A stretch of 64,000 nt of DNA, from the NCBI GenBank assembly GCA_963666985.2, contig CAXXIA010000002.1, forward strand, positions 2,816,001 to 2,880,000, given 5' to 3'. Positions 58,519 through 64,000 of the stretch are shown here, piece by piece. Within the stretch, counting starts at the first letter, position 1. Each line of letters opens with the position of its first letter. This DNA comes from Spirochaetia bacterium. GTDB taxonomy: Bacteria; Spirochaetota; Spirochaetia; DSM-2461. A program made the translations under genes and the position numbers. Below the pieces are notes generated by a model. It did not search any database, was not told the DNA's origin, and saw only the letters and a list, made by a program, of their open reading frames with translations.

Positions 58519-59511
58519 GTGCCGAAGATGCCTCCGTCGGTTTATTTTTTTCCGGGTCCCGAAGTGGGCAGGAAGCGCGAGCGGATTGAAGCCGTCGCGG
58601 AGGCCTTGGAACGCGCCGACGGCGAGGCACCGGAACGGCACCGCTTTTATCCTTACGATACGGAAGTTTCTCAAATTGTCTCGCTTCTTCGGAACGGTTC
58701 TCTTTTTTCTTCCCGCCGGCTGGTCGTCGTCGCAGACGCCCATGTTCTGAAAGCATCGGATATTAAAGTCTTCAAGGAATATATATCTTCCCCTTCTCCC
58801 GAAGCGGTCCTGATTTTCACCACCGATGAAGGACCGGGTTCGCGTAATTATCCCCGAGGATTGGCAGATGCTCTTCCTAAGGGTTCGGTTGAAGTTTTTT
58901 GGGAAATGTTCGAGCGGGACAAAAAGGGTTGGGTGATGAGGTTCTTCCGTGAGAAGGGCTTTCGTGCCGACCCCTCGGCCGTTGATTTGCTTCTGGATGT
59001 TACCGCGGGAACCACCGATGCTCTCCGGGAGGCCTGCGATCTGTTGGTTTTCTCCGCCTCGGAAACACGAAACATCACCGAAGAAGATGTGGATAAAATC
59101 CTGGAGCATGGGCGTGAGGAAACCGTCTACACTCTTTTTAATCGATTCTGCCGGAAAGATCTCGGCGGCGTTTTGGAAGCTTATCGGAAGATGCTTCACT
59201 CCGATCCGGGTTCCGTGGACCGCGTGCTTTCCCTTCTGGCCGATCCCCTGGTGCGTCTGAAAGATTTTACATCTCTTTTTCGCGGCGGCCTTCCTCCGGA
59301 GATTGCCGCCAAGGAGCTCGGCATTCGCGGAGGAAAAAGGGCCGTAACCGCCTATACCGACGGCGCCCGTCGATTTTCGGAAAAGGAACTCGATGGAGCG
59401 CTGAAGCGTCTTGTGGATTTGGAAGCCTGGCTTCGAACCGCTCCCCGGGAATTACGGGCTCCGAAAACCGAATTGTGGTTCTGCGGGATATTGGGGCAAA
59501 GCGTTTCGTAA
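58519..59511 (+). CDS. holA: DNA polymerase III delta subunit
   Basis: VYFFPGPE, SLFSSRRLVVV, ITEEDVDKI. Confidence 0.8.
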   Translation: MPKMPPSVYFFPGPEVGRKRERIEAVAEALERADGEAPERHRFYPYDTEVSQIVSLLRNGSLFSSRRLVVVADAHVLKASDIKVFKEYISSPSPEAVLIFTTDEGPGSRNYPRGLADALPKGSVEVFWEMFERDKKGWVMRFFREKGFRADPSAVDLLLDVTAGTTDALREACDLLVFSASETRNITEEDVDKILEHGREETVYTLFNRFCRKDLGGVLEAYRKMLHSDPGSVDRVLSLLADPLVRLKDFTSLFRGGLPPEIAAKELGIRGGKRAVTAYTDGARRFSEKELDGALKRLVDLEAWLRTAPRELRAPKTELWFCGILGQSVS

Positions 59512-59546
59512 GAAGCGGCCGCGGAATACAAGCGGGAACCGTGAAC

Positions 59547-59583
59547 GCCCGCCGCCGGCGGGCGGCGGCACGCAAGTTTTTTT
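59547..59583 (+). terminator. probable intrinsic terminator after holA
   Basis: GCCGCC/GGCGGC stem followed by a T tract, between convergent genes. Confidence 0.5.
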
Positions 59584-59659
59584 GAATCACGGGAAGAAGT
59601 TGATCCGAGGCCGATGAGAAACGCAGATCCGGCGCATGAGGATCCGCTTGAAATCTCAA

Positions 59660-61546
59660 TCAACCGGCCGTTTCGGGCGCGGGAGACGGAGCCGGAGAGC
59701 CCGCTTCCGGATCGTAGTGAAGAATCCGGATTGTCTCCGTTGTGCTTCTGTGACGGATTTTCACGTAGAGCGTTTCATTCGCTTCGTCGTAATTCCACCC
59801 TGAGTGATACCGCTGAAAAGCCGGATCGCCGTTCCATTTGATGCCTCTCATGTAAAGAACCTGGAATTTCTTAATCCCCTTGACGGCGAAATGATGGATG
59901 GAATCCGCCGGGAAATCCATGGTGATGGTGGTTTCCCGCGGGGTGCCGCGGACCGTGAAGCGTTCGGCTCCCGTGATGGCCCAGGAACCGGGACCCAGTT
60001 CCGCGGCGAGCGAGACGTGGCGGGGATAAGCGGGAGGGGCAATAACCGTCGGATACAGTGTTTCGGGAGCGATGCGTCCTTCCCGAATAACCTCACCTTC
60101 ACCTTCGAAAAGAATCTTTGAAGGCACCGAACCGTTCGCGTCGGCATAATCCAGCACCGAAAGCATCATTTGTCTTCCGATGCCTTGATATTGGCTGTCG
60201 TTGTTCCATTTGGATTCTTCCATCAGCAAATCGGCAACGGCAATGTTGATTCTCATATCGATGGATCCGTCGTCTTCCACCAGCCAGAGTCCGTCTTTCA
60301 CCCAGAAAATCTTGGGGATGATGATTTCGTCGAATAATCGGCGTCGAATAAGAGGATCGGACGAGGTGTCTTCCAGCGAAAGCCTGACGGCTTCGTGAAG
60401 GAGGCTCAGACGCGCAACCGCTTCCGGATTGGAAATGTCCCGCCGCGCGTCAAGCCGAATCGTTTTCAGGAGGGAATCGGCCGATCCTCCGGCACCGAAG
60501 TCGAGAAGGGCCGTCAGCGCGGATTTATCGCCCGGCTGAAATCTTCCCGGCTGGAATTCTCCCGATTGCAGGGCCGCGGTTAAGTTTTTCGCTTCGGCCG
60601 ACATCTCATCGGTATGGATTCGGCTTTGATTGACGATATTGCCCAGGTAAGGACAGGAAAGCCATCCGATGGATCGGGGGAAACGGTCCGCGAGGGAAAG
60701 AATCGTCTGAAGCTGGGAGGGAAGATCGCGGCGCTGCACGGAATCGGCGAGAACGGCGGCCGCCAGAGCATCATTCCACCGGACTTCGCCCGTGGAAGCG
60801 CTTAAAGTCGCTTTCCAGCCGTTTCGCGCCAGCGAAAGCCAGTCTCCGACGGCTCTGTCGTACGTTTCCTGAGACGGCGCCACGCCCTGCTTTATCCATT
60901 CGACGGCATTCAAGCCGCTTCCCCGCTGATTATCGGAGATAACAAGGACCGGATCGGCCTTGTCCAGAACAACCAGATTCAGGCGGCCGTTTTCGGGATT
61001 CCAGGATGAATCCTTGGGAAGAGACGCCATGTATTTCATCTCCGGAGTGCTGACCGAAAGGCTTTCCGGATTGTTCGGACTCAGCGTCATGCCGCCGCCT
61101 TTTTCAGGATGAAAAGGAATCTCAAGAGAACGTACCGGGGGCACGGTTTTCGGGATTTCCGGAATCAGAATGATTTCCTTTCCGTGGGTATCCGTTTTCA
61201 GAGTGAAGGCGGCGCCCTGATTGAAGGAAATTTTAAGCGTGTTTCCTTCCGAACTCCAATTTTCAATGTTCAGGGAGTGGCGAATCCCGTCGTCGGTGAC
61301 AAGAACGGCACGATCCGATTTTCGGAAGGTGATATTCGTACCGTTGGCCCGGAGGGAAAGACGCCTGATCTGCGGCGGTGAGAGGCTTGTTCCGATACTG
61401 GAACGTCCCTTAACGACCACGCCGCCCACAACGGCACTGAAATTCTCAACCCTGGTAAAATGGATGGTGAGGAAGCCGATGGTAAGAAGTATATAGGCCG
61501 CCGTAAAGAAGGTTCGGCCGGGTAGAACTCGATTCATTGGACTCAT
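59660..61546 (-). CDS. hypothetical membrane-anchored protein
   Basis: Long ORF with one N-terminal TM helix; start uncertain (61546 or 61537). Confidence 0.75.
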   Translation of the reverse strand: MSPMNRVLPGRTFFTAAYILLTIGFLTIHFTRVENFSAVVGGVVVKGRSSIGTSLSPPQIRRLSLRANGTNITFRKSDRAVLVTDDGIRHSLNIENWSSEGNTLKISFNQGAAFTLKTDTHGKEIILIPEIPKTVPPVRSLEIPFHPEKGGGMTLSPNNPESLSVSTPEMKYMASLPKDSSWNPENGRLNLVVLDKADPVLVISDNQRGSGLNAVEWIKQGVAPSQETYDRAVGDWLSLARNGWKATLSASTGEVRWNDALAAAVLADSVQRRDLPSQLQTILSLADRFPRSIGWLSCPYLGNIVNQSRIHTDEMSAEAKNLTAALQSGEFQPGRFQPGDKSALTALLDFGAGGSADSLLKTIRLDARRDISNPEAVARLSLLHEAVRLSLEDTSSDPLIRRRLFDEIIIPKIFWVKDGLWLVEDDGSIDMRINIAVADLLMEESKWNNDSQYQGIGRQMMLSVLDYADANGSVPSKILFEGEGEVIREGRIAPETLYPTVIAPPAYPRHVSLAAELGPGSWAITGAERFTVRGTPRETTITMDFPADSIHHFAVKGIKKFQVLYMRGIKWNGDPAFQRYHSGWNYDEANETLYVKIRHRSTTETIRILHYDPEAGSPAPSPAPETAG

Positions 61547-61628
61547 GATACCGTCGGGCGCGTCTCGACGGCAAGGTTGCCCGTTACCGCCGCACTCGGC
61601 TATCATATGCCGTCAAGGAGACGTTTGA

Positions 61629-63101
61629 ATGCGCCATTTCCCTCTTTGGTTTCTCGCTTTATTTTTCCTGTTGATATCCTGCGGCACCGAAGGCCCAAGC
61701 GGATCGGCAGCCGTGGAAGCACCTTCATCCGGTGAGGAGCAAGCGGTGCGGGAATCGCCTCAAAAAGAGAGTCCCGCGGAAAAGTCTGAAGAAACGGTTG
61801 TTTTGAAGCCGGAAGAGAAAGCTGAAGAAAGCGGCGAGTTGGAAACGGCTGAGATTATCAATGCTTTGTACGAGAATGCCGGCGACAGCGAAAAAACGCT
61901 GGAAGCTCTTGAACGGTCCGGTACGGACGATATGAGTCCTCGGGCGCGTCTTGTTTACGCCGTACTGCTGAGGAATGAAGGACAATACGATGCTTCCCGA
62001 GAACAGATTCAATTGATTCTCGACGAGGAGCCGGATATGGCCGAGGCGTGGTTCAATCTTGCTTTGCTGGAACATGCCGTTATGAATGAAACGGCCCGGG
62101 ATAAGGCTTTGAATGCCGCGATCGACGCCGACGGAACGTATGACGAAGCCTATTCCTTCCGCGGGATTCTCGCCGCTTCGAAATCGAATTGGACCGCGGC
62201 CGAAGCCGATTATCGCAAAGCCTTGAGTCTGAATCCCGAATCGGTTGATTCGTTGGCCGGGCTCGGCCGAATCATGATGAACACCAAAGAATGGGATAAA
62301 GCGCTGCCTTTATTGAACAAGGCCTTGGACATCGAACCTGACGATACGTATGTTCTTGTGGATCGTTCCCGCGTTTTAACGGCCCGGGAAGAATACGTGA
62401 AAGCTTTGAAAGATTTGGGCCGCGCCATCGAGCTTGAACCGGATGTTCCCTGGCATTATCTTGATCGGGCTCGAATTCGTTTCCGCTTTATCAATGATTT
62501 GAACGGAGCTCTGGCCGATTTAAAGGAAGTGGAGCGGCTTGATCCGGGTAATTTTTTCGCTCAGGTTTATCTTGCCGGCATTTACGATCAGAAGCGTCAA
62601 TTCGCAACCTCGCTGGACTATTATCATCGAGTCATCGAAGCGCGACCCGATTACATTTGGGCCTTCATGCCTCTGGGGAAGCTCGAATATATGAATGGAA
62701 ATTATGAGGCTGCCGCATCCTGGTTTGCCAAGGCTTCCTCAAGAGATTCCGATGAATTTTCCTTCCGTCTGATGCGGGGCGTTTCCCTGCTGCGGGCGGG
62801 CAAGGCGAACGAAGCGGGCCGGGTGTTCTCGGAGGTTCTTAAATCATACAAGTCCGGGGACACACATTATGAGGTTATTCGTTTTTGTGCCGAGAGAAGT
62901 TCGGATTATTATGCCTTAAATGCGTTAAATAAGGAGGCCGACACCGTACTTCGGGAACGGCTTTGGTTTTATATCGGTGCGGTCTATGACTCCATGAATA
63001 ATACTCTCGGAGCTCAGGCCGTATACGGAAGACTCGCGGAGAAAAAAGGTCAAATGGAATATGATTTAGCTTGGGCCGCTTTGAATGGGATGGGCGGCTG
63101 A
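61629..63101 (+). CDS. TPR-repeat lipoprotein
   Basis: Lipobox LISC; repeated A..L.P TPR motifs (AWFNLA, YRKALSLNP, KALDIEPD). Confidence 0.88.
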   Translation: MRHFPLWFLALFFLLISCGTEGPSGSAAVEAPSSGEEQAVRESPQKESPAEKSEETVVLKPEEKAEESGELETAEIINALYENAGDSEKTLEALERSGTDDMSPRARLVYAVLLRNEGQYDASREQIQLILDEEPDMAEAWFNLALLEHAVMNETARDKALNAAIDADGTYDEAYSFRGILAASKSNWTAAEADYRKALSLNPESVDSLAGLGRIMMNTKEWDKALPLLNKALDIEPDDTYVLVDRSRVLTAREEYVKALKDLGRAIELEPDVPWHYLDRARIRFRFINDLNGALADLKEVERLDPGNFFAQVYLAGIYDQKRQFATSLDYYHRVIEARPDYIWAFMPLGKLEYMNGNYEAAASWFAKASSRDSDEFSFRLMRGVSLLRAGKANEAGRVFSEVLKSYKSGDTHYEVIRFCAERSSDYYALNALNKEADTVLRERLWFYIGAVYDSMNNTLGAQAVYGRLAEKKGQMEYDLAWAALNGMGG

Positions 63102-63103
63102 AT

Positions 63104-64000
63104 ATGGGTGAAATACATGTTGAAACTCTTTCGGAAACCCGAACGAGGATTCGGTTCGATTCCAAGGAAATCCTTCTTGTAGGAACGGCGCACGTATCGG
63201 CCGAAAGTCTCGCCGAAGTTCGCGAAGCGATTCGTTCGGAACATCCGGATCATGTCTGCGTTGAAATGGACAAGGGGCGTCTTAAGAATCTCGAAGAAGG
63301 CCGCCGATGGTCCGCGACGAATCTGAAGAGTATCCTGAGAACCGGGCAGGGATTCATGCTGATGGCGAATCTGGCTCTTGCCTCGTTTCAGAGGCGCATG
63401 GGTGAAGATACAGGCGTTCAGCCGGGTGAGGAGATGAAAGCGGCCGTGGACGCCGCCCGGGAGGCCGGTATTCCGTTTTCCTGCAGCGACCGTTCCATCC
63501 AAACCACTTTAAGCAGAGCCTGGAGGCTCAGCGGATTTTGGTCGAAAATTAAGCTTCTTTCATCCCTTATCGCTTCTGTTGTTTCGAACGAAAGTGCCTC
63601 GGCGGAAGAAATTGAGAATCTTAAGAACTCGGATGCCATGCAGAGCATGATGAAAGAACTCGCCGATTATCTTCCGGCGGTTAAAGCGGTCCTTATCGAT
63701 GAAAGGGACTTTTTCCTGGCTTCCCGTATTTATACGGCTCCCGGATCGAAGGTTCTGGCGGTTGTCGGAGCCGCCCATGTTTCCGGAATCGTTGCGCTGA
63801 TGCGGGAAATGGAAGAACAAAAGCGTCCGACCGATACGTCGAAAATTGAAACCGTTCCTCCGCGCCGATGGTACGGCAAGGCCCTCCCTTGGATTATACC
63901 GGCTCTTATCGTTTGTCTTTTCGTACTGGGAATTGTCCGCTCCGGCTTTGAAAAGGGTTTGGAAATGAGTCTGGTTTGGGTTTTGGCCAACGGCATTTTG
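63104..64000 (+). CDS. TraB/PrgY/GumN-family protein (runs off window end)
   Basis: Manual translation MGEIHVETLS...ILLVGTAHVS...VCVEMD...PGEEMKAA...DRSIQTT...LIDERD...AVVGAAHV. Confidence 0.9.
   Translation, partial: MGEIHVETLSETRTRIRFDSKEILLVGTAHVSAESLAEVREAIRSEHPDHVCVEMDKGRLKNLEEGRRWSATNLKSILRTGQGFMLMANLALASFQRRMGEDTGVQPGEEMKAAVDAAREAGIPFSCSDRSIQTTLSRAWRLSGFWSKIKLLSSLIASVVSNESASAEEIENLKNSDAMQSMMKELADYLPAVKAVLIDERDFFLASRIYTAPGSKVLAVVGAAHVSGIVALMREMEEQKRPTDTSKIETVPPRRWYGKALPWIIPALIVCLFVLGIVRSGFEKGLEMSLVWVLANGIL

Noticed and set aside
63104..64000. Conjugation gene, suggested by the name TraB
   Set aside because: This is the TraB/PrgY/GumN (Tiki-like) family, commonly chromosomal; no T4SS or relaxase genes are nearby.

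Overview
64 kb of bacterial chromosome, probably from a free-living spirochaete. That is inferred from the lptC-lptA-lptB-rpoN-hpf-hprK-ptsH...lexA-holA gene order and protein style, not proven. Left to right: (1) an accessory segment (serine hydrolase, flavodoxin, stand-alone RnfC-like protein, nucleotidyltransferases) downstream of tRNA-Leu(CAG), which is followed by three ~190-205 bp tRNA-linked repeats carrying CAGGACG/CAAGGATG hairpins; (2) a secreted nuclease lipoprotein, ymdB and cheR-cheB; (3) an SDR-cysD-cysN-cysteate synthase-alpha-oxoamine synthase cluster that looks like a sulfonolipid (capnine) pathway, known mainly from Bacteroidota; (4) a 170 bp MITE and a mosaic island (AT-rich peptide-type ABC transporter, LysR, enolase-superfamily enzyme, then a GC-rich soluble molybdoenzyme module); (5) a LacI-controlled sugar ABC transporter with two sulfatases; (6) PlsC-like and VOC genes, a CotH/DUF4956 cluster and a WD40-caspase; (7) the housekeeping lpt-rpoN-PTS-NtrYX-lexA-holA block, a TPR lipoprotein and a partial TraB-family gene. 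The top leads are the putative sulfonolipid cluster and the tRNA-linked array of CsrA-site-like hairpins. All calls come from reading motifs by eye; no searches were run.
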